Shown here in pieces: positions 50,336-63,254 of a DNA stretch of 64,000 nucleotides (within the stretch, counting starts at the first letter, position 1; the number at the start of each line of letters is the position of its first letter). The position numbers and the translations under genes were made by a program. The DNA lies in assembly GCA_038087875.1 (NCBI GenBank), contig JAXLNO010000146.1:248001-312000 (forward strand). The letters run 5' to 3'. Origin of the DNA: Malacoraja senta. Lineage: Eukaryota. The notes under the pieces were generated by a model. It saw only the letters and a list, made by a program, of their open reading frames with translations. It had not been told where the DNA came from and searched no databases.

Positions 50336-50734
50336 TCCGAACCTTTCATCCAACCTTTCAATCAAGATTGATTCATGTCGATACTTGTAAACTTTTGTGA
50401 GATAAAATATCTACCGCCATAACCACATGAAACGGACCTTTGCAGTTATTATAATGAAAATATATATCATTGTACATTAGAGCGAACAGAAACTTCTTAA
50501 TGAATAAGATGTTCACGGATAATAAAAAACAGATGATAGCATATACGACAATGCGTCATTTGAATACAATTTTCTTTCTATTGTTCTGTTTGTTCCCTGT
50601 AATATTCCGACAACCAGACACCTTCCGGTCAACAGTAGAATCATCAGAGGCAATAACTTAAAACTCGCAGTGAAAGAAAATATAGCCCGCAACAATAGAC
50701 ACTGGGCACACGCCATCTTCCGCCCACGTCACCC

Positions 50735-50990
50735 CCCACCCCCGTCACGGATCGTCGCCTCTCCCCCGCCGCGGACACTCGCCTCTCACCCCCCCCACCC
50801 CGCCGCGGACACTCGCCTCTCCCCCCCCCCCCCCGCGGACACTCGCCTCTCCCCCTCACGCGGACCCTCGCCTCTCCTTCCGCCCCCGCCGCGGAGCCTC
50901 GCCTCTCCCCCCCCCTCGCTGCGGACCCTCGCCTCTCCACCCCTGTGCCGCGGACCCTCGCCTCCCCCCCCTCCGCCGCCGCGGGCCTTC
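50735..50990. repeat. GC-rich ~30-35 bp degenerate minisatellite (cgcggac.ctcgcctctccccc)n, about 8 copies
   Basis: Directly visible repeating core; lies in a GC-rich segment at ~50660-51060. Confidence 0.85.
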
Positions 50991-51074
50991 CAACGTTGCG
51001 TGGGAGGGGGAAAGGAGAAAGCAAATATGCGTCAAGGCGATAGCCTAATCGTTAAAGTTAAAAGATTGCCTAAC

Positions 51075-52515
51075 CGATAAAGAGCTGAGAAGAGGAATCA
51101 GAGCTGCCAAGAAAATGTACTCTGAGAAGTTGAGGTACAAGTTCTCAGCCAGTGACTCTTCTTCAGTTTGGAAGGGCATGCAAGAAATCACCAGCTATTA
51201 GAGGAAAGCCTCCCGCTCTTTGGATAATCGTCAGCTGACCAACGATCTGAATGAATTTTACTGCAGGTTTGAAAATCAGAAACGTAACCCTGGTACCCCC
51301 TCCCCAACAAACACAGCCAGACCCCAGTCTGCAAAGAATGGACCCTGCACCCTCTCCTTCCCATTCACCACTTCACACCTACATAAGGCAGGACTCCAGC
51401 ATGAAAAGACTGGACCCTTTCCCACTCCAACCAACACTTCACACCCACTCACAGCCTGACCTCAGTCTGCAAAGACTGGACCCTTCTACACCCACCCCAC
51501 TCCAATCACGACTTCACACCCAATTACCCACTCCCTCCTTGCTGAACAACATCACTTCATCAACAATAAAAATAGAGGAGGTGGAGAGGCTTTTCAGAAG
51601 ACAGAAAAGCCGGAAATCTCACAGACAATTTTTACCAGTCCCTGCAAACATGTACTGTCCCTGCCTGTTTCAAAGTCCCCACTACTGTCCCTGTACCCAA
51701 AAAGGCAAGGATTACTTGTCTTAATGACTACAGGCCTGTCGCACTGACCTCTGTAGTCATGAAGACACTGGAAAGGCTTGTGCTGGCCAAGCTGAAAAAT
51801 ATCACAATCCCCCTGCAGTTTGCATATTGGCCCAATAGATCTGTGGATGACGCAGTCAATCTGGGCCTGCACTTCATCCTCCAGCACCTAGAACGCCAGG
51901 GGACCTTTGCGAGGATTTTATTTGTTGATATTAGCTCTGCATTGTGCCAGAGCTACTACACTCCAAACTTTCCGAGTTGACTGTGCCTGAACCCCTCTGT
52001 CGGTGGATCACCAACTTTCTGACAGACAGGAAGCAGCGTGTGAGGCTGGGAAAGCACATATCGGACCCGCAAACGCTCAGCATGGGAGCACCGCAAGGCT
52101 GCGTACTCCCCTCTCTCCTCTACTCTCTCTACACCAATGACTGTATCACCACAGACACCTCTGTCAAGCTTATCAAGTTTGCGGACGACACAACCCTGAT
52201 TGGACTGATCCAGGATGGGGAGGAATCTGCCTACAGACAGGAAGTGTCACAGCTGGCGTCCTAGTGCCGTAGCAACAACATGGAGATCAATGCTCTTAAG
52301 ACAGTGGAATTGATTGTAGACTTTAGGGGAGCTTCCACTCCCCTCGCCCCACTCACCCTCAACAACACCACAGACACATCTGTGGAGTCTTTTAAATTCC
52401 TGGGAACCATCATCTCCAATGACCTTAAGTGGGGGGCTACCTTTGACTCCACAGTCAAAAAGGCACAGCATATGATGTTCTTCCTACGGCAGCTGAGGAA
52501 GCACAATCTGCCACA
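51075..52515 (+). mobile_element. Rex1/Babar LINE internal fragment
   Basis: LNEFYCRFE, NDYRPVALTSVVMKTLERLV, QFAY.PNRSVDDA, GAPQGCVL and KFADDTTLIG. Confidence 0.9.
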
Positions 52516-55385
52516 ATGGGTCAGGCAGCATCTCTGGAGAACATGGATAGTCATAGAGTGACACAGTGTGGAAACAGGCCCTTTGGCCCAACTTGCCCAC
52601 ACCGGCTAACAATGGCCCAACTACACTAATTCCACTTGCCTGCGGTTGGTCATATCCCTCCAAACCTGTCCTATCCATGTACCTGCCTAACTGTTTCTTA
52701 AACGATGGGATAGTCCCAACCTCAACTACCTCCTCTGGCAGCTCGTTCCACACACCCACCACTCTTTGTGTGAAACAGTTACCGTTCGGATTCCTATTAA
52801 ATCTTTACCGCTTTACCTTGAACCTATGTTATCTGGTCCTCGATTCCCCTACTCTGGGCAAAAGACTGTGCATCTACCCGAACTATTCCTCTAATGATTT
52901 TGTACACCTCTATAAGATTCCCCCTCATCCTCCTGCGCTCCATGGAATAGAGTCCCAACTTACTCAAACTCTCCCGATAGCTCACACCCTCTAGTCCTGG
53001 CAACATCCTCATAAATCTTCCCTGTACTCCTTCCAGTTTGACATCTTCTCTATAACATGATGCCCAGAACTGAACACAATATTCTAAATGCGGTCTCACG
53101 TACGTCTTATACAACTGCAACATGATCTCCCAACCTCTTTACTCAATACTCTGACTGATGAAGGCCAAAGTGCCAAAATACTTTTTGACCACCTGATATA
53201 CCTGCGACTCGACTTTCAAGGAACCATGCAACCATCAACCATTCCTCTGCCCACCTGGCTAATTGATCCAGATCCTGCTGCAATCTTTCACAACTACATC
53301 CACTATCTGCAAAACCTCTCACTTCTGTATCATCAGCAAACTTGTTAATCTTGCCCTGTTCTGTGATGTTTCGCAGAGTGCTGGAGTAACTCAGTGGGTC
53401 AGGCTGAGTATAGAAGTTGGAGGTCATGTTGCATTTGGATAAGAAGTTGGTGAGGCCGCATTCAGAGTATTGTGTTCAGTTCTGGGCACCATGTTATAGG
53501 AAATATGTCATCAAACTGGAAAGGGTACAGTGAAGATTTACGAGGATGTTGCAAGGACTAGAGGGCCAGAGCTATAGGGAGAGGATGAGTAGGCTGGGAC
53601 TCTATTTCATGGAGCACAGGAGGATGAGGGATGATCTAATAGAGGTGTATAAAATCATGATTTGAATAGATCAGGTTGACTCCATACATCTATTTAATGG
53701 AGCACAGGAGGATGAGGGATGATCTAATAGAGGTGTATAAAATCATTATTTAAATAGATCAGGTCCGGGCCATACACTCATCTCCCCACTACCTTCAGGT
53801 AGAAGGTACAGGAGCCTGAAAACTGCAACGACCAGGTTCAGGAACAGCTACTTCCCCACAGCCATCAGGCTATTAAACTCGGCTCGGACAAAACTCTGAA
53901 CATTAATAACCAATAATCTGTTTATTTGCACTTTATCAGTTTAATTATTCATGTGTGTATATATTTATGCAATTGTATATGGACACACTGATCTGTTCAG
54001 TATTCGTGCCTACTATGTTCTGGTGTGCTAAAGCAAAGCAAGCATTTCATTGTCCTATCATGGACACATGACAATAAAACTCTCTTGAACTCTCTTGAGT
54101 CTTTTGCCCAGAGTAGGTGAATCGAGGAGCAGAGGATATAAGTTTAAGATGAAGGGGAAAAGATTTAATAGGAATCTGAGGGGTATATTTTTCACACAAA
54201 GGGTGGTAGGTGTATGCAACAAGCTGCCAGATGAGGTAATTGAGGCAGGAATACCGCAACATTTAAGAAACAGTTAGGCAGGTGCATGGATAGGAGAGGT
54301 TTGGAGGGATATGGATCAAACGTGGGCAGGTGAGACTAGTGTAGATGGGACATGCTGGGCCGAAGGGCCTGTTTCCACACTGTATCACTATATGACTATA
54401 TATCTTTCCCTCTCAAACCCATTCTCCTGCCCTCCCCATTACCTCTGACACCCGTATCAATCACGAACCTATCAATCTCCTTCTGAAAAATGTCCACTTG
54501 CCTCCACAGCTGTCTGTGGCAATGAATTCCACAGTTCACCACCCTCTGCTCATATCCTTCCTAAAGGAACGTCTTTTAATTCTGAGGCTGTGGCCACTGG
54601 TCCTAGACTCTCCCACTCGTGGAAACATCCTCTCCACATCCACTCCATCCAGGCTTTTACCAGGCTGGGACATACTGCAACAGCTTCACACCATGTCCCA
54701 AAGTTCGTGTCCTGTCCTGCATCACCCAAGGCAGCAGAGACGTTGTAGGGAAGGGCAAGCATCGTCACAAAGTAGTTCACGATAGTTTGGGTGACATGCA
54801 GGAATGTCTATGCATGTCACATCATGCATATTACTGAAAAGGGGGCTTGACTCGAAATATAATCTATACCTTTTCTCCAGAGATGCTACCTGACCCACTG
54901 AGTTACACCAGCACTCCGTGAAACGTCACCGATCCATGTTCTCCACAGATGCTGCCTGACCCACTGAGTTACTCCAGCACTTTGTGTCTATTTTCCGTTC
55001 ATCCATCTGCCCAAGCCCACCCTCCCCCTCCTTTCCTATGTTCCTTTCCACCCATAAACCTCTCTCCGCCTTTACATTTCACTCCTCTTTCAAATCTGCT
55101 CTACTTATCTACATGCATTTTTCTTCTTAACTTTTTAGTCATAGAGTGGTGCAGTGTGGAAACAGGCCCTTCAGCCTAACTTGCCCACACCGACCAACAT
55201 TCCCAGCTACACTAGACCCACTCACGCGCGTTTGGCCCATATCCATCTAAACCTCTCCTATCCATGTGCGTGTGAAAATGTCTCTTAAATATTAGGATAG
55301 TCCCAGCCTTAACTACTTCCTCTGGCAGCTCGTTCCATACACCCACCACCCGTTGTGTGAAAAAGCTACCTCTCAGATTCCTGTA
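52515..55385. mobile_element. Nest of CR1 3' fragments in both orientations with Rex1-tail and MER6-like pieces
   Basis: CR1 (-) 52548-53350, CR1 (+) 53403-53765 and 54095-54400, Rex1 tail 53770-54090, CR1 (-) 54405-54655 and 55138-55385, MER6-like 54835-54990. Confidence 0.8.
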
Positions 55386-56688
55386 AATTTCTGAAATATT
55401 GGTCATAGATTTGCTGCAAAAACACTCCAAAATAAGGCTCAGGATGCAGCAGAGAGCATCTAAAACCCCTGGACTTCCTGGGCCCTTAAGCGGGCCCTGG
55501 ACCCTGGCATCGAGGGACTCCACGCACATTATTTTACATTAATTCTTTTGTAATCCTGTCATGCCACCCCCCATTTGGTAAACCTTCGTACGGGCCTGTT
55601 TACACAACCTATTCTTTGCTTCATACTAGTTTAGGAGTCGCAGGTTGTTAAACTATGCAATTGCCACCTTCATTCAGATAGTAAGGTGAAGATCAAGTAA
55701 CAAATGTGCTGATCTGAACTGGAAAAAGTAAATGCTGGAGAACCATTATCTGTGCGACGAGCAACAGTCAACATTCCGGTGGAGAAATATAAAAGGTTTT
55801 AGCTTCCACGTTTTTCTTTTATTCCATTACAGTAATTTTCACTTTCCTTTCCGGCAACTGTGCAAACATTTAATGATGTTGTAGCAGGGTAACAAAAGTT
55901 TATTTACCTATTATGGATCATATCAAGGGATGGAGTGCACTTAGAATTCATTGAATGAATAAGGATTACAGTGGTCAAAAGAGGAGATTGTTTAGCCATA
56001 ACGCGGTGCATATTTGAAAGTCTTTGCCACAAATGTCTGTAGAGGTCAGAACATATGGTACTTTATAAACCGATAATCGATACATATGCCCTTGATCAGT
56101 AAGGACGTCCAAAGCTACCGAGAGAATGAAGGAGAATGCGGTTGAGAAGGAAAGAAAATTCGCCATGATCGACTGGCAGAGTCGACGGGTCGAATAACTT
56201 AATTGTGCTCCAATGTCTGAAAGTCTTATGGTCCAAGGAGAGTTAAATCTGAAGCAATGTCTCATCAGGTATAGTCAGCGTGTAATTGTGCGTGGGAACA
56301 CTTCACAAATATTGCGGCATTTAATAATATGGATGAAGGCAGTGAACAATGCCTAAATGGATTTTATTCAGGGACTTGTCAAGATCTCACAATGTAGAGC
56401 AGGCCAGTAGTCTAATTCACAGGGAGATCAATGCAATGTTGTCATTTTTGTGATAAGGCCCCGGGGTGGTGGTGGAAGATTTATTATCTCATTAGAAAAT
56501 ATGCGGCCACCGGTGGACTTTAGATCGGTGATGGATCTTTGCTTTTTTTCATATAATTGCTAATTCAGTGCGAATGTTGGAGATATGATTAGTGAGTTTG
56601 AGGATGACAGGAAAAACATGGATGTTGTGTACCGTGAGGAAAATTAACTGAACCTGCAGCTGAATATCGAACAGATAGAAACCTTGTA

Positions 56689-58320
56689 ATAGTAATAGTA
56701 ATAGTAACTTTATTGTCAATTCAAATAATGCAACAAGTAGTTACACAGAGGATTGAAATTGCGTTTCCCCATACTCCAATGTGCACGTAATATTTATAAC
56801 ACAGACAGACAATATACCAATAAAAATAGACAATGGACATATACATTATATAAAATATTCATTAATAAAAGGTGCAATATAGAAAAGTGCAAATAGCATA
56901 CTGCAGACATTGTGTTAAAGTTAATTTGACAGTCAGTTGGTCTTTGTTTGTGTAATGTTCATGGAATTTTCTTGAGTGTGTTGAGTAGTCTGATGGCCTG
57001 AGGGAAAAAGCTGTTTTTGAATCTTGTGGTTTTGCTCCGCATGCTGCGGTAGCGCTTGCCGGATGGTAGGAGGGTGAACAGTTTGTGTGCTGGGTGGGTG
57101 GTGTCTTTGATGATATTGGTTGCTCTCTTGCGACAGCGAGATGGGTATAAGTCCTGGATTGCTGGTTGGGGTGATCTAGTGATCTTCTCCGCTCTCCTCA
57201 ATACTCTCTGTAGGGCCTTCTGGTCAGCAGCAGAGCAACTGCCATACCAGACTGAGAGACTGCTGGTAAGAATGCTCTCAATGGCACCCCTGTAAAAAGT
57301 TGTGAGGGCAGAAGGGGGGAGGTCGGCTCTCCTCATCCGTCGAAGGAAGTGGAGGCGTTGCTGTGCTTTCTTAACTAGGCAGATGGTGTTGGTGGACCAT
57401 GTCTCATCATCTGTGGTGTGTACTCCCAGGAACTTGGTGCTTTTCACAGACTCCACTGCACTGCCATTTATGGTGAGTGGGGTGTGTGCTGTCTGTTTCT
57501 TCCTGAAGTCCACAGTTATTTATTTTGTTTTATTGACATTGAGTTGAATGTTATTGATGTCACACCAGTTGATGAGTTGTCGTACCTCCTCTCTGTAGGC
57601 TGAGTCGTCATCGTGGCTGATGAGGCCCACCACTGTTGTGTCATCTGCGAACTTGATGACGTGGTTCGAGTTATGTTTGGCACAACAGTCATGTGTCATC
57701 AGCGTGGACAACAGAGGGCTCAGCACACATCCCTGTGGGACCCCGGTGTTCATGATGGTGGTCTCTGATGAGTTTTTGCCAACTCTTACTGTCTGTGGTC
57801 TGTCGGTGAGGAAGTCCAGTAACCAGTTGCATAGTGGGGTGCTGATGCCTATTTCGCCGAGTTTATTCACCAGGTGTTGGGGGATGACTGTGTTGAAGGC
57901 GGAGCTGAAATCGATGAACAGCAACCGCACGTAACTGTTATTGTTTTCCAGATGAGCCAGGCTTAGGTGGAGTACTGTTGCTATGGCATCATCAGTGGAA
58001 CGGTTGGGACGGTATGCAAACTGGAATGGGTCAAGTGTAGAGGGGAGACTGGATGTTATGTGGGCCTTAACCAACCTTTCAAAGCACTTCATCATGATGG
58101 ACGTGAGTGCTATGGGCCGGTAGTCGTTCAGTGTTGAGGCTGGGGCTTTCTTGGGTAGCGGTATGATGGTGGTGGCTTTGAAGCATGCTGGTATGATGGC
58201 TTGGCTCAGAGAGGTGTTGTAGATGTCCGTGAGAACATCTGTGAGTTGGTCAGCACAGTCTCTGAGCATACGCCCCGGTATCTTGTCAGGACCTGCAGCT
58301 TTACTGGGGTTCACCTTGAT
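56689..58320 (-). mobile_element. 5'-truncated, young-looking Rex1/Babar LINE
   Basis: ORFs 57520..58380 and 56959..57513 are one frame broken by a single TAA ([46 protein letters not shown]). (TTACTA)n tail at 56689-56707; accttg on both sides. Confidence 0.93.
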
Positions 58321-58924
58321 GGAACATTGCACGTGAATTTTATCCCGAGATGTCAGAAGTGAGGAATTTTGCGAAAGCAAATACTTGTGGGTAAAGAAGG
58401 CAGATGTATTGCGGCAAGGGATGCCGAGAAATGGGAAAACCGGGACGAATTGATACAGTTATATGAAATTATAAGAGGCACGTGCAGAATTGAAAGGCAA
58501 AAAGGAGAGGAACTGTGTTGGATGATATCGTTGTTAAAAGTTTACATCAGCTCAGTGGGAAGGAACATCATTTAAATTTTCAGTTACCCTTGGCGTCCGT
58601 CAGGCCACAAAACGTTATTTTTAAATTCCGTCTGTCTTTAATTCCGCCCGGTTTATAATAAACCATATTATACTGACTTGAACGATTTTCTGCTTCTGAT
58701 GGTAGACAATGGACTTCAAACTAAGTTGTCGTCATAAATGGGATGAGTAAATGGAAACAAATATACTATTTCAATGACCGTACATTATATTTCAAAAATA
58801 TCTCTTTGGTTTATTATTGGTTCATGGTAACTAAGTAGGAACAAAATCCCAAGAAATTGTGGAAAGGGATACCACGACAAATCCTATTACATGTTACAGA
58901 TATATATGTGTGCCTCGCAAATTC

Positions 58925-59871
58925 TCACTTCATTACATATTTGGATACAGTTATTTTTGTGTTCAAACGTTTGAATATATTAGCAATGGCAAGAAAGGGA
59001 CGTGAAATTACATTCTTCAGTTCCTCTCTGAAGTGTCTCTGAAAAACTGCATAAATGAAAGTGTTTGTGCAAGTACTCAAATGCCTCAGCATATAGCCAC
59101 TTTTTGCCGCAATGGTGAACGAGTCGTTGTAATCTGTTTCCAACAATTGAGCATCTGTAAACTGTATACAGATGAAGCACACAAGGTTTACCATCCATAA
59201 GAAAATAAAGTTGCCAGATATTGCAACGAGTAAAATAATCGATTTCCTTCTGTTCTCAGTCTCTTGATCAGTCTGACATGCCTCTCTATTACTCCCTCGG
59301 AGCTTTCTCCTGACTCTGTTGGCCATGATAATATGCTTTATGGTCAAGGTATTAAGCAGAAGAATCAACACAAATGGCGCAAATGGGGTTAAGAGTGTTT
59401 TAAACCATAAATACGCGACCCAGGTGGGTAATGTGTAGAAACTTGATATTACATAACAGGACCATGGGACATCGTTAATTATTTCGCGTGGTTCAAATAT
59501 AAAGTAGATTGGAATATTTTCTAAAATACTCAACATAAACACCGCTGTTATTACTTTCAATGCCGTCTTCATGGTACAATATTTTGAACGCAACGACTGG
59601 CAACATATAGCAACAAATCGATCGAATGTAAAAGTGACAGTCAGCCAGACGGAACAATCGAGCGAAATATACATCAGTGTAATAACAAAACTGCAAATTG
59701 GGGTGTAATTGAGGAATGAATGCGGAAAATATGCCTCTTTAATCTCATGGAGAATTACACCGGAAACCAGTACAATTAGATCAGCTACCGCCATTGATTT
59801 CAGATACTGGATGACACATCTAGTGAGGCCGCACTTTCCAGACGACAGGATAAGGATTGCCACCAAATTTG
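58925..59871 (-). CDS. Gene D, exon 2: GPR139/GPR142-like 7TM receptor (spliced product 338 aa)
   Basis: Acceptor ggttgcag|CA; ANLVAILILSSGKCGL, MAVADL, SVWLTVTFTFDRFVAICC, PWSC, ENRRKSIILL, TCTNTFIY, FREEL; uninterrupted frame. Confidence 0.93.
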
Positions 59872-60274
59872 CTGCAACCAAAAGATGAAAATTGAATTAC
59901 GAACGAGAAATAACCCGCGAAATATATATTCATTTGCTTCAATTTGTCATGCGTGTACGAGTTTTTCTTGCCTCTAACACTTTGGAATAACAATCTATAT
60001 TACACAGGTTTACGGTTGGACCCCTTTTAATTCTCAGACTTCTCATAAAGTGAACAGACTGTTGCGCTTTGTTGTTATCGCTACTCCGTGAAGGGACCAG
60101 CTATTGTTTTGGTGATATTAATGCCACATAACACGAAATGTTGATCACATCTAGAGATGAGATGGGGCGGTGTTTGTCCTCTCCGCTTCCTTTAGTTCAC
60201 ACGCAACTGTGTCGCCGAGATGTTAACGGTTAGATAGTGTCCTGACTTAATGACACTATGTACCGGATTTCCTT

Positions 60275-60540
60275 CCTCTACTTAGTCTCATCATTCTTGT
60301 CGAAGTGCCCGTCAGCAGTGGCATCATCGGCATACTTAAACACCGAGTTATTGTTGTACGTGGTCAAACACACATGGGTGTATTTGGAGTAGAGCATGGA
60401 CTGAGAACACAGCTCCGAGCAGTAGCAGTATTGTGGGCTATCCTTGTGGAGATGGTAAAACCAATTCCACGTGATAGGAGCCTGCCTGGCCTGAAGTCCA
60501 AATCCCATTTGCAGCTGGATACCCGTCGACCAAGGATGTT
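60275..60540 (-). mobile_element. Old Rex1-like RT remnant in the gene D intron
   Basis: ORF 60278..60508 retains MLYS.YTH.C......NSVFKYADDAT..G.....DET. Confidence 0.6.
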
Positions 60541-61767
60541 TAGAGATAATTATTAATTTCAGATTTTATTTGTCACGTGTTTGGCACTCATGTTACCTTA
60601 GTTTATCTCGTGGAAACCGCGCCTCCCCACTGATAATCACACAGATTTAATTTTCACAGCTTATCTGCAAATGTGACATTTAGAGCTCACAGCAGCATGT
60701 ACATTGTTGCTCCCCTCTGCATACACACTTCTCACATTCCTCATTCTGTTCCTCTACTGTAATAAATTAGCAGGGGGCAATCGTTAACATTTTCATGGCA
60801 ACCTGCTGTCCATTTCTCTCCCCTTAGAGTACACGTACACACATTCATTTCCGATATGGCTGACCAAGCAGGCTGACGTCTGATATCCGCTACTTGGCTG
60901 TGCGGCGGATGCGATTCACACATGAATTCGGCACACATTTCATGGACCGAGGTCCAGACTTTCGAAAAGCCAGACAACCTTTGATACTTAACATTTATCG
61001 CCAGTTTTATTTCGGTGGTGTCTTGACGCTTTGAAATTCACAGATCACAGATGGCAGACCGTTGCTCCAGAGCCAACAAAAACCGGGCAACACAACTCAA
61101 CGGCAGAGGCACAACCTGTCGATAAGTTCACAGCTTCAACCGTCATGATCGGCTTTCAACACAAGTACATCCCGACCCGCTCTACTGACTGACAGGTTAG
61201 CATTCTCCTGCTAAAAAAATGCAGTTTGCAAACCACTAAATGCGTGAGATCGTTGTCTATCCTGCAAGACGAATTCATTGGGAAACATAAATTTAAGACC
61301 CTTCCGCTAGAGGTCTGCGTGCGCATCCCCGGAATAACCCTGTTGGCCGTGTGACAATACGTGTTGGAGGGCTCTAGGAAGAGGTTTAATTCCGGTTTGA
61401 TAATCTCGAACACTTGCAAATATGTAACCATTTAAAGAAGCAACACGATGCAATTTCTCGAGCTGTGACTGCTGTCGGTCTGATGGGTTAAATGCGCACA
61501 TACGACATCTCAGCTCAATAATGTCGAGGTACCGCATCTAATACACGTTTGGTGATCAGCAACATCATGAGTAAAGAGAGAGCGTGCTCTTGGAAGTGTT
61601 TAGGCGTAGTCTCGACCCAAACTACTAAACTTGGAGCATGCCATAATCTCCGCTACACAACCCATCGCAGTTTGCAGATGGATCCTCAACACTTCAAAAC
61701 CCTCTCGGCGATAAGAACAAAAATGTTAGCGCTTAAATCTGGCAAAACAGTCTGAAAGCAACAAGTG

Positions 61768-61842
61768 ACCCAAAACATCACCCATTCCTTCTCTCCAGAG
61801 ATGCTGCCTGTCCCGCTGAGTTACTCCAGCATTTTGTGTCTA
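61768..61842 (+). mobile_element. 75-bp MER6-like repeat fragment flanked by a 13-bp direct repeat
   Basis: aaagcaacaagtg at 61755-61767 and 61843-61855; the body matches 14465-14540. Confidence 0.75.
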
Positions 61843-62788
61843 AAAGCAACAAGTGTTTTACCTTTCTTCTGAATGTCTGCTGAATGTAAAAATTAAATCT
61901 TCCTGAAATGCAACGGCGAATTTTGTTTTTCCTGCTGTCAAATCTAGGTCAAATCAGGACCATTAGACAGTTTCACTTTGTGCAACTTGTATTTAAATGT
62001 TACAATGCTTTAAAAGAAACCACGTTGCTCAGCCTCAGTAAACCGTGAGCTAATTTAGCTGAGCATTCACAATGGAAATAAAAAGACGTGTGTTATATGG
62101 AAACTCACCGACAGCATCCCTCGACTTGCATGTTTTATTTCGCGGTAAGTTATCAGGCAGATGGAGGCACCTGCGATCATAGCATGCACACGGACTCGCA
62201 CACATGACTGACATTCTTTAGCGAGAGTTACAGAATACAGAGAACAGCGTCCATCAAACCGTTGTTTTTTTTATTTCGGCCGTGAAGTCTAAAGTTAAAA
62301 TCAGTTATGATCGATAATGCTTAGCAGCAAGCTGCCGTGCGTTTACTTGTTCTTCGTATAATGAAGCTATGCAAAATCAACTGCATGGAATAAAAATAGA
62401 AAGAGCTTGAAACATCGCGTTTATATGCAGACCCCTCTTTGGAAGCGTTGAATCGGCCATTGTTCACGTGGACTGTGTATGATGTGGAGAAGGAGGGCTT
62501 GTTCTGTCCAGTGGGCTTGACTAATATAAAATATATAGAATATTATATTACTTATAAAACGTTTATATATAATTTTACCGTCAGAGAAATTCAATCATTT
62601 TTCCAGATGATTTTTAGATCCAGTACACAAGTGAGATCAGCACGATACTTTGTTTTTGACAGCACTTTGTTTGCAATAATAATTTCATAGAAATCTGTAA
62701 TGTTTTCAGATATGTTTGCCATGATGTTCAATATCGTCTGTCAAGCACATCAACGTACATCTGTAAAACCATTCTCTGGCTCACCTAC

Positions 62789-62858
62789 CTGGGACTCCAA
62801 TGATTGCAAGAATAGGATTGTAAATACTCTCGGTCTTCAGGAGTGCAGGCCTGTTCAT
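62789..62858 (-). CDS. Gene D, coding exon 1
   Basis: MNRPALLKTESIYNPILAIIGVP+G then the donor GTAGG; 70 bp, phase 1, in frame with exon 2 at 59871. Confidence 0.9.
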
Positions 62859-62882
62859 ATTTAGTTGGAAGATGCCTTTCTA

Positions 62883-62957
62883 GTCAGTTCAATAGGCTCA
62901 CGGATCTCCCGTTTTCAAAGTTAGCTCGTACTTATACTTTACAGAAACCTCAAGGGT
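62883..62957 (-). promoter_or_regulatory. Putative core promoter of gene D
   Basis: Minus strand: ACCCTTGAGG (62957-62948), TATAAGTA from 62936, GAGATCCG (62908-62901), CTATTGAACTGAC. Confidence 0.72.
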
Positions 62958-63254
62958 GGAATCAACACGCTATGAGATTGGTATTATTCAATCACGATCA
63001 CGTTAATTAGGTTGTTTGTTTCATGCCCTTCGTCACTGTTAAAATGGTAGTCTGTAGAGACATGTTTCTGCAGTTGAAATCGTCAATAGATCAAACATCG
63101 GTTATCAGCTTAAATATTTTTGTAAACGCTTTAATGCGGTTTCTTTTGAATTTTCTCCATTAGCTGCACCAATAAATTGCAATATGCACCCTCTCTTATA
63201 TTTTACAAGTATCATGTGCAATTAAAATCTGAGGAGATATCTATGATTATGCGA

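Noticed and set aside
62109..62180. Alternative exon 1 for gene D (ATG...|GTGAGT on the minus strand)
   Set aside because: 72 bp, phase 0 (incompatible with exon 2), no TM1 motif and no promoter cassette.
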